From NCBI GenBank assembly GCA_964398525.1, contig CAYNMS010000001.1, positions 6,569 through 70,568 on the forward strand: a stretch of DNA of 64,000 bases, given 5' to 3'. Of the stretch, positions 12,195 to 21,802 are shown in pieces. Positions within the stretch are counted from its first letter, which is position 1. Every line of letters begins with the position of its first letter. The notes under the pieces are model-generated. The model was not told the origin of the DNA. It worked only from the letters and a program-made list of their open reading frames with translations, and did not search any database. Source of the stretch: an uncultured Pseudomonadales bacterium. GTDB taxonomy: Bacteria; Patescibacteriota; Microgenomatia; UBA1400; CAYNFZ01. The position numbers and the translations under genes are program-made.

Positions 12195-12659
12195 CTACCT
12201 TTCAATTTGTCTCCGCCAAATATTTCCCTCAGTCAAGTTAACAATCGATCGCTTTTCTTCTCCCACCTCCAAACTCCCCCTACCCAAATACTCCAAAATA
12301 GACTCCAAATAATCAGCTACATACCCTTTTTCTGCAAAAGCATTTGCTCCACAATCAAAAACAGTTCGTGAAAATTCTTCTCCTGTAGCTATCAATATTC
12401 GACACCAAGGTATTTGATTTCTGATTTCTTTAGCCAACACCAAACCGTCGTGATATCCATACAACTCGTTCTGCGTTCCCCTATCCCCCTTATCCAAAAC
12501 AGCCACTTCAAATTGCCTATTTGACCTAATAATAAATCTTGCTTGTGTCAAATTATGTGCTATTTCCACTTCCATTCCAAGATTTGTTAGTTTATCTTCC
12601 CAGATAATCGCCCAATCCCCATCATCATCTACTACCAACGCCCGTATTTTATCCATCAA
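12195..12659 (-). CDS. stand-alone response-regulator receiver (CheY-like) domain protein
   Basis: ALVVDDD acidic pocket, candidate phospho-acceptor Asp in AVLDKGD, conserved Thr (ILIATG) and Lys (AFAEKG). No output domain. Confidence 0.55.
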   Translation of the reverse strand: MMDKIRALVVDDDGDWAIIWEDKLTNLGMEVEIAHNLTQARFIIRSNRQFEVAVLDKGDRGTQNELYGYHDGLVLAKEIRNQIPWCRILIATGEEFSRTVFDCGANAFAEKGYVADYLESILEYLGRGSLEVGEEKRSIVNLTEGNIWRRQIER

Positions 12660-12719
12660 AATCCTGTTTATGAATATTGATTTCTAGAAAGAAACATTCT
12701 CCACTCACACATCTTCTTG

Positions 12720-12793
12720 TGGGTGAGCCAGGAATCGAACCTGGGACCTCTATCTTATCAGGATAGCGCTCTAACCGACTGAGCTACTCACCC
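12720..12793 (-). tRNA. tRNA-Ile (anticodon GAT)
   Basis: Reverse complement GGGTGAGTAGCTCAGTCGGTTAGAGCGCTATCCTGATAAGATAGAGGTCCCAGGTTCGATTCCTGGCTCACCCA. Cloverleaf with loop CTGATAA. It lies in the middle of protein genes, far from both rRNAs. Confidence 0.9.
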
Positions 12794-12848
12794 TCAACAA
12801 ACCCTGATTTTACCATGAACCACCCTGACAAAAAACGCTTTCTGCTTT

Positions 12849-13070
12849 TCACTCACCCCTATTTATTCTCAAGCTCAGCTCATTAACTACCATATCCAGT
12901 ACCACCACTGCCCCTCCGGCTATCATCAACACCTCATTTGCCTTACCTTCCAATTCCGCCACTAGCCCAATCAACAAACTCATTCCCCCAAAAATCTTAG
13001 CTCCTAAAGATAACCACACATAATCCGCATTCTGTTGGCAGTATTCATATATCTCTTCAGCTCTTCTCAT
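12849..13070 (-). CDS. hypothetical small protein (73 aa, one hydrophobic segment)
   Basis: ORF immediately downstream of ruvB, abutting with 0 nt gap. No motif recognised. Confidence 0.35.
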   Translation of the reverse strand: MRRAEEIYEYCQQNADYVWLSLGAKIFGGMSLLIGLVAELEGKANEVLMIAGGAVVVLDMVVNELSLRINRGE

Positions 13071-14111
13071 CTACAAAAGCCTAAGCTTTTCATCTCTCTG
13101 ATCCGCTATCCCCAAATGCTCATAAGCTTTCTCTGTCACTATTCTCCCCTTAGGTGTGCGCTTCAACAGTCCCGCTCTCATCAAAAACGGCTCATACATG
13201 TCCTCTATAGTAGCTACATCCTCGGCGATACTTGCCGCTAGTGTCGATAGCCCGACCGGTCCTCCACCATGCTTTTCTACAATGGCCGTCAGTAGCATTC
13301 GGTCATTTCCATCCAGTCCAATTTCATCCACCTCCAACAACTTAAGAGTTTTCTCTACCACATCTCTAGTTATCAATTTATGCTTATACACCTGGGCGAA
13401 ATCCCTCACTCTCTTTAGTAGTTTCAACCCAATTCTAGCCGTTTTCCTCGATCGTGCCGCCAGCATCAACGCCGCTTCATCCTCAAACTCCAACATCAGT
13501 TTCTCCGCTGCTCCCATAATAATTTCCGCTAACTCTCCATCACTGTAAAAGTCCAACCGGTGCACCACTCCAAATCTGTCTCTCAATGGTGAAGAAATCT
13601 TACCTACTTGCGTCGTCGCCCCCACAATCGTAAATGGTGCCAGATCAAGTCTCACCGTTCTTGCCCCTGGCCCTTTCCCCAACACGATATCCAAAGCAAA
13701 ATCCTCCATCGCCGGATACAGCGTTTCCTCCACCACCTTGTTCAACCGATGAATTTCATCAATAAAGAGTACATCGCCCCGCTCCAAGTTCGTCAAAATA
13801 CTTGCCAAATCCCCCGCCCGCTCCATCGCCGGCCCGCTTGTCACTCGAATATTTGCCCCCATCTCCTTGGCAATAATGTGAGCTAAAGTAGTTTTGCCCA
13901 GTCCCGGTGGCCCGTAAAACATCACGTGTTCAATCGGCTCACTCCGGCTCTTGGCCGCTTCCAAAGCAATTTTCAAAGCCTTCTTGACCTTTTCCTGACC
14001 TCGAAACTCACTCCAACTTCCTGCCCGCAAAGACTGGTAAAGCATTTCTTCTTCATCCTCAAGAGGCTCGACCACTCTCACCTCATCACTTTGAACCATT
14101 CTACTTGCCAT
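13071..14111 (-). CDS. ruvB: Holliday junction branch-migration ATPase RuvB
   Basis: Walker A GPPGLGKTTLA, Walker B LFIDEIHRL, sensor and arginine-finger regions, and a C-terminal winged-helix typical of RuvB. Confidence 0.95.
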   Translation of the reverse strand: MASRMVQSDEVRVVEPLEDEEEMLYQSLRAGSWSEFRGQEKVKKALKIALEAAKSRSEPIEHVMFYGPPGLGKTTLAHIIAKEMGANIRVTSGPAMERAGDLASILTNLERGDVLFIDEIHRLNKVVEETLYPAMEDFALDIVLGKGPGARTVRLDLAPFTIVGATTQVGKISSPLRDRFGVVHRLDFYSDGELAEIIMGAAEKLMLEFEDEAALMLAARSRKTARIGLKLLKRVRDFAQVYKHKLITRDVVEKTLKLLEVDEIGLDGNDRMLLTAIVEKHGGGPVGLSTLAASIAEDVATIEDMYEPFLMRAGLLKRTPKGRIVTEKAYEHLGIADQRDEKLRLL

Positions 14112-14117
14112 AATGTC

Positions 14118-14169
14118 TACTTACTACTTACTACTTACTACTTACTACTTACTACTTACTACTTACTAC
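14118..14169. repeat. heptanucleotide tandem repeat (TTACTAC)x7 (GTAGTAA on the ruvB-sense strand)
   Basis: Seven perfect 7-nt units read directly from the sequence, starting 7 nt upstream of the ruvB ATG (14111). They lie within the divergent region shared with the + strand GT-C gene at 14300. Confidence 0.9.
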
Positions 14170-14299
14170 ACGAAACATACCCCAAAACACCCTAGAGAGC
14201 AAGTCACTCCACATGGCTCTACTTTCTTATTATTCCCTCATTGATACCATTCTTACATCCAAGTAAAATCCCATTACTCAATCTTTTTTCTCTACCCAA

Positions 14300-15637
14300 T
14301 TGAATCGAATCTCCTCTCCACTTCACACCCTCCTCTCCCTCCTGGCTTTTCCTAAAGGCAAATCTCTCTCCCTTCTTTTAGCCCTCCTCCTGATTACTTT
14401 TCTCTTCTGGTTCCTTCGCCTCTATAACTTCGACCAACTCCTCACCTTCCACATCGACCAAGCCCAACATTTCTTCGAAGCCAAAGAAATGGTCGATACC
14501 CGGACTCCCAAACTGATCGGCCCTATTGTCACCACCCGCATGGTAGACGGCCGTGGCTTCTTTATCGGACCACTTTATTCCTATCTCTTGGCCATTCTAG
14601 GCAGCATTTTCAGCTGGAACATTATCGCCATTACCAAATTTCTTCTATTAATGTGGTGGTCTAGTGCTTTACTGCTCACCGTTTGGGTCGCCCGCCAACT
14701 TAATTGGTCAATTGCTCTATTGGTTTATCTACTCCTCGCCACCCATCCGACCCTTGTTGGTTATAGCCACATGGTCTTAAACCCCAACTTCCTCGCTTTG
14801 TTCTCCATTGGCTTTTTCTTTTTCCTCTTTCGCGCATTCTCCCACCCCTCCAAAGCCAATTGGTTCCTGACTGGCCTATTTACCGGTATTTGTCTGAGCT
14901 TTAACTACTTAGTTCTTTCCTATTTTGGCCTCATCGCCCTTGTCTGGCTTTACCAAATCTATCGTCGCCGTGCCCGCATTATCGACCCACTTGTCATCGG
15001 ATTTGGCATCATTCTTGGCAATCTGCCTTTCTTTATCTTCGAACTCCGGCACAATTTCTACAATCTCCGTACTATCCTTGATCTTGGTGTCAGTCCTGGT
15101 GGTGGAGCCAGTCTTATCGCCGGCTACACCCTCTTTGCTTTTCTTCCCCTAGCTGTCTGGATTTTTGCCTACTTTGCTGAATTTCTTCGCCGTAGAATCG
15201 GTTTTTTGGTTCCCCTCCTCCTCACACTTATCTTAGTTTTTTATTTCCAAACCTCCACTACTTATAGCCGTACCAGAGGTATCGGTATGCCCAAAGGCTG
15301 GAGTGTTCCCCTGCAGCAACAACTCGCCTACCAAATTTGCCAAGACAATCATGGCGAACCTTTCGAAATCGCCGCCATGGTCACTGCCGATATTCGCGCT
15401 ATGGATCTTCGCTGGTTTGTCCAGCAATGCGCCCAACCTGCCGGCTTTACACAGTATCCCTTCGTCGACACGCTTTATTTAGTCGACCAGGGTTTCTTAG
15501 CCCAAGGCATCGAGCCAGGCAATTGGGAAATCGCCAGTTTTGCCCCTTTTGCAGTTAGACAAAAGCAACAACTCAATCAATACCTCTGGTTTTACAAACT
15601 CGAACGCCTAAAACCTTCCTCCTCTCCCGCTCTCTGA
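14300..15637 (+). CDS. polytopic GT-C-fold membrane glycosyltransferase (ArnT/PMT/GT39-83-like)
   Basis: 445 aa with about 10-12 TM helices. Acidic first-loop motif (HIDQAQHFFEAKE) and large C-terminal periplasmic-type domain, the architecture of undecaprenyl/dolichyl-phosphate-sugar-dependent transferases. It interrupts the ruvA-ruvB gene pair on the opposite strand. Confidence 0.5.
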   Translation: MNRISSPLHTLLSLLAFPKGKSLSLLLALLLITFLFWFLRLYNFDQLLTFHIDQAQHFFEAKEMVDTRTPKLIGPIVTTRMVDGRGFFIGPLYSYLLAILGSIFSWNIIAITKFLLLMWWSSALLLTVWVARQLNWSIALLVYLLLATHPTLVGYSHMVLNPNFLALFSIGFFFFLFRAFSHPSKANWFLTGLFTGICLSFNYLVLSYFGLIALVWLYQIYRRRARIIDPLVIGFGIILGNLPFFIFELRHNFYNLRTILDLGVSPGGGASLIAGYTLFAFLPLAVWIFAYFAEFLRRRIGFLVPLLLTLILVFYFQTSTTYSRTRGIGMPKGWSVPLQQQLAYQICQDNHGEPFEIAAMVTADIRAMDLRWFVQQCAQPAGFTQYPFVDTLYLVDQGFLAQGIEPGNWEIASFAPFAVRQKQQLNQYLWFYKLERLKPSSSPAL

Positions 15638-15640
15638 CTC

Positions 15641-16195
15641 CTATCTCCCCAACTTCTTAATCACTTCTCTCACTTTCTCTTCCTCTCTCATACCAGCAGG
15701 TAAACCTCGAAGCACTTCCTCCACTTCTCGTCGTCCAAACCCCATACTCATCAACGCTTGAACCAGCTCTCCTCCATCTGTCTCCGTCAAATCTAGTTCT
15801 GCCAAATCTCCCAACTTACTCTTCAGATCCACTATTATCCGTTGTGCGTTCTTCTTGCCAATTCCCGACACGCTGGTAAAAAATCCTACATCTGCCATTG
15901 CCACCGCCTTCTGCACTTCTTCAGCTTTCCCTCGATTCAACACATTCATGGCCATTTTTGGCCCCACCCCTGAAACAGAAATTAACATCTGAAATAACTT
16001 TAGTTGTTTCTTGTCCCTAAACCCATAAAGCGTCAACTCATCTTCTTTGACATATGTGTGCACATAAACTTCCAAACCTGCTCCTTTCTCCAATCCCTCA
16101 GATACCATCACCACTTTATATCCCACCCCACCTACCATCAGTATCAAAGACTTCTCCGCCACCTCATATATTTCACCTTTTAAAAATCCAATCAT
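15641..16195 (-). CDS. ruvA: Holliday junction DNA helicase RuvA
   Basis: N-terminal MIGFLKGEI...GVGY OB-fold start, HhH motifs (GVGPKMA, GIGKKNA) and a C-terminal RuvB-interaction domain. Confidence 0.9.
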   Translation of the reverse strand: MIGFLKGEIYEVAEKSLILMVGGVGYKVVMVSEGLEKGAGLEVYVHTYVKEDELTLYGFRDKKQLKLFQMLISVSGVGPKMAMNVLNRGKAEEVQKAVAMADVGFFTSVSGIGKKNAQRIIVDLKSKLGDLAELDLTETDGGELVQALMSMGFGRREVEEVLRGLPAGMREEEKVREVIKKLGR

Positions 16196-16229
16196 TTCCC
16201 TCCTTTATTCGCCTCATATTATCACACCT

Positions 16230-16700
16230 TTGACCAACACTTCCGCCAGAGGTTATAGTTACCCTATGCTCAAAATCTATCGTTTCCTTGCCGTCATCAT
16301 GCTCATCTCCGGAGCCATTATGTTCTCCGCTCTCCTACAAACCTTCGATGCACTCCCTCCCCGCCTCGTTCAATCCCTCATCAATTCTCTAGATCACCGC
16401 CGCCTCCGTGAGCCTACCCAATCGCAAATCTACGATATGTTTAATCAATCCAAACTCTGCCGCCAAAACGCCGACTGTAGTTACTCTGTTACTCGCCAAA
16501 CCCATTGCCAAATAGAAGTCGCCAACCGCTATTACCTCGAAATCCCCGAAGATCAAGAATTTGTTTTCAACCCCATCGATTGCCCCACTCTACCTGAACG
16601 CGACTTTGACTACCTCACTTGCTCTAAAAATATCTGCACCAAACACAATCTGCCCTTTAAGGATTTCTTCACTCGTCCCAACCCCTCTCCCCAGCCCTAA
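16230..16700 (+). CDS. small Cys-rich membrane-anchored or secreted protein (156 aa)
   Basis: N-terminal hydrophobic anchor (FLAVIMLISGAIMFSALL), then a soluble region with 6 Cys (CRQNADCSY...HCQ...DCP...CSKNIC). Wedged convergently between ruvA and ruvC, with a 4-nt overlap on the ruvC stop. Confidence 0.4.
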   Translation: MTNTSARGYSYPMLKIYRFLAVIMLISGAIMFSALLQTFDALPPRLVQSLINSLDHRRLREPTQSQIYDMFNQSKLCRQNADCSYSVTRQTHCQIEVANRYYLEIPEDQEFVFNPIDCPTLPERDFDYLTCSKNICTKHNLPFKDFFTRPNPSPQP

Positions 16701-17188
16701 GTCGACCTTGTCCTCAATTGACTGTTGATAAAAAAATGCGTCAATGCCGCCGCCATCGCATCCGCCGCATCATCAGATTTTGGCACAGCTTTCAACTTCA
16801 ACTGGCTTTTTACCATCATCTGCATTTGCTTTTTGTCAGCCTGGCCATAGCCGGCTATACATCGCTTTATCTGTAGTGGCGTGTAGTTATAAGCCGCTAC
16901 CTTCTTTTTTACTAAAGCTACCAAAATTACCCCCCGAGCCTGCCCCACTCCCATCACCGTCTTGGCATTTTTAAAAAAGTACAACTCCTCCACTGCCGCT
17001 GCATCTGGATGATGTTTATCCACCAACTCACTAATTTGATCAAAAATCTCCTCTAGTCTTACATTCAATGAGTCTGTTGGCGAAGTCTCCAAACACCCGC
17101 ACTCCACCAAATTTTGCCTAGATCGATTTCCTTCCACTATCGCCCAGCCCATCCTCCCAAACCCCGGATCAATTCCCAATACTTTCAT
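16697..17188 (-). CDS. ruvC: crossover junction endodeoxyribonuclease RuvC
   Basis: N-terminal MKVLGIDPGFGRMGWAIVEG with catalytic Asp, conserved E/D/D carboxylates, RNase H-like fold, 163 aa. Confidence 0.88.
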   Translation of the reverse strand: MKVLGIDPGFGRMGWAIVEGNRSRQNLVECGCLETSPTDSLNVRLEEIFDQISELVDKHHPDAAAVEELYFFKNAKTVMGVGQARGVILVALVKKKVAAYNYTPLQIKRCIAGYGQADKKQMQMMVKSQLKLKAVPKSDDAADAMAAALTHFFINSQLRTRST

Positions 17189-17225
17189 GTTCCTATCTTA
17201 TCTTTAAACCCTTAATACTCAACTC

Positions 17226-18470
17226 CTATTTCTCCCAGTCAGACATCACTGTCTGTGGCAGCCTCAATTTCCTAGGCATCACTAAAAACAATCCAACACA
17301 AACTACAGCTCCAAAAATCCCCAACCATCCAAAAGTTGCGATCTCACCAATAAATTCCGATGCTCCTCCTACCAAAACCGGCCCAAACACAAAGGCAATA
17401 CTGCCCATCGAACTGGACAAACCCACCAGATGTTTTCTCTCTCTCCCCATCCTACTTAATAAATCCGTATACACGGCATCAATCAAGGGTAAAGCTACCG
17501 AAGCCAACATGCCTGCTACAAACACCAAAGCTATCCTAAACGGCAAACTCACATCCAAAAGTTGTAACCCTAAAACCAGACTCGCACCCGCCATCAAACC
17601 TGTTGCCCAAATCTTTTTCCGTCGATATATACCCCATTTAACAATCATCCCTCCCGCAAACAATGATGGTAACAAATATGCCGGTATCCACAACCCGCCC
17701 CACCAACTCTCTTTCAGCAAGCGGGCAGACAGCACCGCCCCTATTGTCCAAAAACTCGAATCAATCAACGTAAAGATCAATGACAACACCAATATAGGCC
17801 AGATATGAGGCAGCAATACTAACCAGTGTCCTATTTCGTCTTTCAAGTTCACATGTTTCCAATCCGCGCTCCATTCCCGCTCTCCCTTTTTGTCGGATAT
17901 CAAAATAATCATTCCCCCTCCTAAAACCGCCAAACCGATGGCAACCATTAACATCGCCTCTACTCCTATCATCAGCAACCCTCCCGCTAATAGCGGACCA
18001 AACACGTAAGCCAAACTCGAAAAGGTTCGCAATATCGCCCACACTCCGCTTCGCCTCTCTACCCTTACCCTCTCGGCCACATACTGCTGTTTAGCAAAAA
18101 TTAAAATTTCATAATACACCCCCCACAACCCCATCCCCACCAGCGCCAACCATAATCCTCGCATCAAAAACACCCACCCCATTACTCCACTAAACAATAT
18201 TCCTACTACCACCCCAAACACAAACAGATAAGTAGCCTTAATTTCTTTAACTATCTGAGGAAAGGCTAAATCCACTCCCAGCCCCACCACCGACGAAAAA
18301 CTCATCACCAAGCCCATCAATAATCCACTCCCCCAAATTTCCTCCAATAGTCCTGGCACCCAGAAACTCAACATCGCATCTGCCAAATAGATGAAAAAAA
18401 TTGCGCTTACCAAACCAGCCATCCTCAGCCAAAACGGATTAAATCTACCTTGCCATTCTTGTTTCTTCAT
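17226..18470 (-). CDS. MFS-type transporter (12 TM)
   Basis: 414 aa organised as two six-helix halves separated by a charged loop (ISDKKGEREWSADWKH). Gly-rich helices typical of the major facilitator superfamily. Confidence 0.55.
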   Translation of the reverse strand: MKKQEWQGRFNPFWLRMAGLVSAIFFIYLADAMLSFWVPGLLEEIWGSGLLMGLVMSFSSVVGLGVDLAFPQIVKEIKATYLFVFGVVVGILFSGVMGWVFLMRGLWLALVGMGLWGVYYEILIFAKQQYVAERVRVERRSGVWAILRTFSSLAYVFGPLLAGGLLMIGVEAMLMVAIGLAVLGGGMIILISDKKGEREWSADWKHVNLKDEIGHWLVLLPHIWPILVLSLIFTLIDSSFWTIGAVLSARLLKESWWGGLWIPAYLLPSLFAGGMIVKWGIYRRKKIWATGLMAGASLVLGLQLLDVSLPFRIALVFVAGMLASVALPLIDAVYTDLLSRMGRERKHLVGLSSSMGSIAFVFGPVLVGGASEFIGEIATFGWLGIFGAVVCVGLFLVMPRKLRLPQTVMSDWEK

Positions 18471-19310
18471 CTTTCAATCTTAGCAATTCTTTCTTACCAA
18501 TTTCATGCCAAAACTCTCTCCCCCCTTGAATATAATATATTCATGGTTTCCCTCGTTCTCCTTAACCTTTTTCTTTTTCTCTTCCTTCTCTTAGTCATTT
18601 TTGAACTTTCCCTGTCTCACAAGCCTTCTCGTTTTCATCAAACCTCCCTTTCGTTTTCTCCCTTCTTTACCCTGGTACTTGTTCTCATTTCCATGGCTTT
18701 AGTCTTGGCTCTAATCCTCTATGCCCCCGGTCATCTTCTCCGCTACTACATCATTTTCCTCATGGGCTTTTCCCTAGTGTCTCATACTTTTTGGCTTTCC
18801 CAGAATAAGCATCACCAATTTATCTTTCCTCTCCTGGCTCTCCTACTCTTCTTTGCTCGTTTGTATACCAGTTACGATCTGATCCATAATCTTTTTCTCA
18901 TCTTTGCCATCTCCTGGCTTGGTCCAGTCATCACTCAAATCAAACTCATCAATCGCCACCGCTTTGTCGTTATCAGCCTCCTCTGGTTTCTCTATGATAT
19001 TGTCTTTGTCTGGGTTAGTAAAACCAGCGCCCAAGTCCAAGTTAATACCGAAAATATCGGCTTTCCCCTCGGCCTCACCGTCTCCGACAATCTTCTTGGC
19101 ACGGGTGATCTCCTTTGGTCTTCTTTATTCCTCTCCATCCTGCCTTCCTCCCACACCCGTCTTCACGCCTCTCTCTTACTCTTGTCTTCCAACATCATTC
19201 TCAATCTTTTGGCCATCACCCTCGGGTTTTACACCTTCCCCCTTCTCGTCCTCTGGGTCCCCCTTGGCATTCTCTACCTCAATTTTTCCATCAAAAAACC
19301 CCGCGTTTAA
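18450..19310 (+). CDS. putative GxGD-type intramembrane aspartyl protease (presenilin/signal-peptide-peptidase-like, A22-like)
   Basis: Polytopic protein. It has a YD motif in a TM helix (LWFLYDIVFVW) and, about 40 aa later, LGTGDLLW (GxGD) at the start of another helix, the two-aspartate signature of presenilin/SPP homologues; a PLG motif sits near the C-terminus. The true start may lie downstream of 18450, which overlaps the MFS gene. The stop codon lies in the loop of the 16S terminator hairpin. Confidence 0.4.
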   Translation: MPFLFLHLSILAILSYQFHAKTLSPLEYNIFMVSLVLLNLFLFLFLLLVIFELSLSHKPSRFHQTSLSFSPFFTLVLVLISMALVLALILYAPGHLLRYYIIFLMGFSLVSHTFWLSQNKHHQFIFPLLALLLFFARLYTSYDLIHNLFLIFAISWLGPVITQIKLINRHRFVVISLLWFLYDIVFVWVSKTSAQVQVNTENIGFPLGLTVSDNLLGTGDLLWSSLFLSILPSSHTRLHASLLLLSSNIILNLLAITLGFYTFPLLVLWVPLGILYLNFSIKKPRV

Positions 19311-19316
19311 GCGGGG
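19293..19316 (-). terminator. rho-independent terminator downstream of 16S (CCCCGC-loop-GCGGGG + T6 on the minus transcript)
   Basis: Perfect 6-bp GC stem followed on the minus strand by TTTTTT. About 225 nt past the 16S 3' end. Confidence 0.5.
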
Positions 19317-19540
19317 TAATCTAGCGAATCCAGGCAATTCTAAACCTCTAAGAGGTGGTAGGAAGCGACCATCCCAAACAGAAAGCCTGTTTAAGCTGGT
19401 CCCTTCTTGGTCTCCGTGGCAACTACAAGGTAATGCCACGTGCCCAATTTAAGGCTGGGTGCCTAGAGTATTTTTGATCTGTTACCAGATCAGGGTATTT
19501 ACTTATCCCATGCGTGAGGCTGGGAACCCGTACTCCTTAG

Positions 19541-21044
<1,504 letters not shown>

Positions 21045-21082
21045 ATGAGCAAGAGACATAGTTCATCTCTTACTGCTTCCTA

Positions 21083-21107
21083 CCACATCTTAGCTGTTAA
21101 GATGTGG
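21083..21107 (-). other. perfect 10-bp hairpin in the 16S 5' leader (CCACATCTTA-loop-TAAGATGTGG), a candidate processing element
   Basis: Read directly. About 40 nt upstream of the mature 16S 5' end. Confidence 0.4.
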
Positions 21108-21137
21108 ATCATTATCCTTACTCTGTTTTCGCTGCGT

Positions 21138-21166
21138 ATTTAATTATTAAAGTGCAATAAAACCAA
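21138..21166 (-). promoter_or_regulatory. candidate sigma70-type promoter for 16S (-35 TTGGTT / 17 nt / -10 TTAAAT) with AT-rich upstream region
   Basis: Hexamers with 17-nt spacing, about 90 nt upstream of the mature 16S 5' end on the minus strand. Weak match, by eye only. Confidence 0.25.
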
Positions 21167-21250
21167 TCCAGGGGTTTTTAGGCCTTTGGTTTAGTCACTC
21201 TGTGAGCCTTTCCGTTAGGAGTACTCACTTAAAAAAGTTTGCTGTCAAGA

Positions 21251-21276
21251 AATAAAAAGCCCCGACTAAGCGGGGA
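21251..21276 (-). terminator. rho-independent terminator (CCCCG-ACTAAG-CGGGG + T-run on minus) ending the upstream minus-strand gene before the 16S promoter region
   Basis: 5-bp GC stem followed by TTTTTATTT on the minus transcript. About 100 nt downstream of the stop of ORF 21378..21746. Confidence 0.45.
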
Positions 21277-21377
21277 TGGTTATCAAGTGGCTTAGCTGAG
21301 ATTTTTACCTTGTCATACTCAACATGTATCCTACCACACTCTCCTTTAAAATCAACAGCCACCACCCCTATCCTTTT

Positions 21378-21746
21378 TTAACTTTTTTCAGCCCAGTTAA
21401 TCCCCACCCTTTCACTTAAAATTGTAAAAGGCTCCAGCCTTTTCATAACATCCCGCTTTATCCACATCATCTCTTCAAACATGACCCCATCTTCCTCCAA
21501 TTGTTCAATTAAATTCAAATCAGATGCATTGTTTAAATACTGCAATAGTAGAACCGCCAGAATTTCTCGTCTTGCTTCTTCACAAATCTCACCTTCAAAC
21601 ACCTTTATCAAAGTTTCGACAGGTATTAACCATTGGCCTTTTTCCACTTCCTGAATACTCAAATCATCTACACAAACAGAATTCCCCAATCTCTTAACCA
21701 ATAGTTTTCCATGACTCTCATTCAATTGTAGTTCTGGATTTCGCAT
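21378..21746 (-). CDS. hypothetical protein (122 aa)
   Basis: Complete ORF. No motif recognised. Confidence 0.4.
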   Translation of the reverse strand: MRNPELQLNESHGKLLVKRLGNSVCVDDLSIQEVEKGQWLIPVETLIKVFEGEICEEARREILAVLLLQYLNNASDLNLIEQLEEDGVMFEEMMWIKRDVMKRLEPFTILSERVGINWAEKS

Positions 21747-21802
21747 TTAGCCTACTATTTTAGGCACGCGTAATTTACCCAATCTTCAGGCAAAATGCAA
21801 AC

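Noticed and set aside
13926-14195. 89-aa + strand ORF containing YYLLLTTYYLLLTTYY
   Set aside because: The periodic peptide is simply the (TTACTAC)x7 DNA microsatellite read in frame. It also overlaps the ruvB start. No independent coding evidence.
19311-19537. Possible small RNA or tRNA-like element in the 225-nt 16S trailer
   Set aside because: It could not be folded into a cloverleaf or matched to 5S or SRP conserved cores by eye. Treated as rRNA 3' trailer plus terminator. Needs an Infernal scan to exclude an sRNA.
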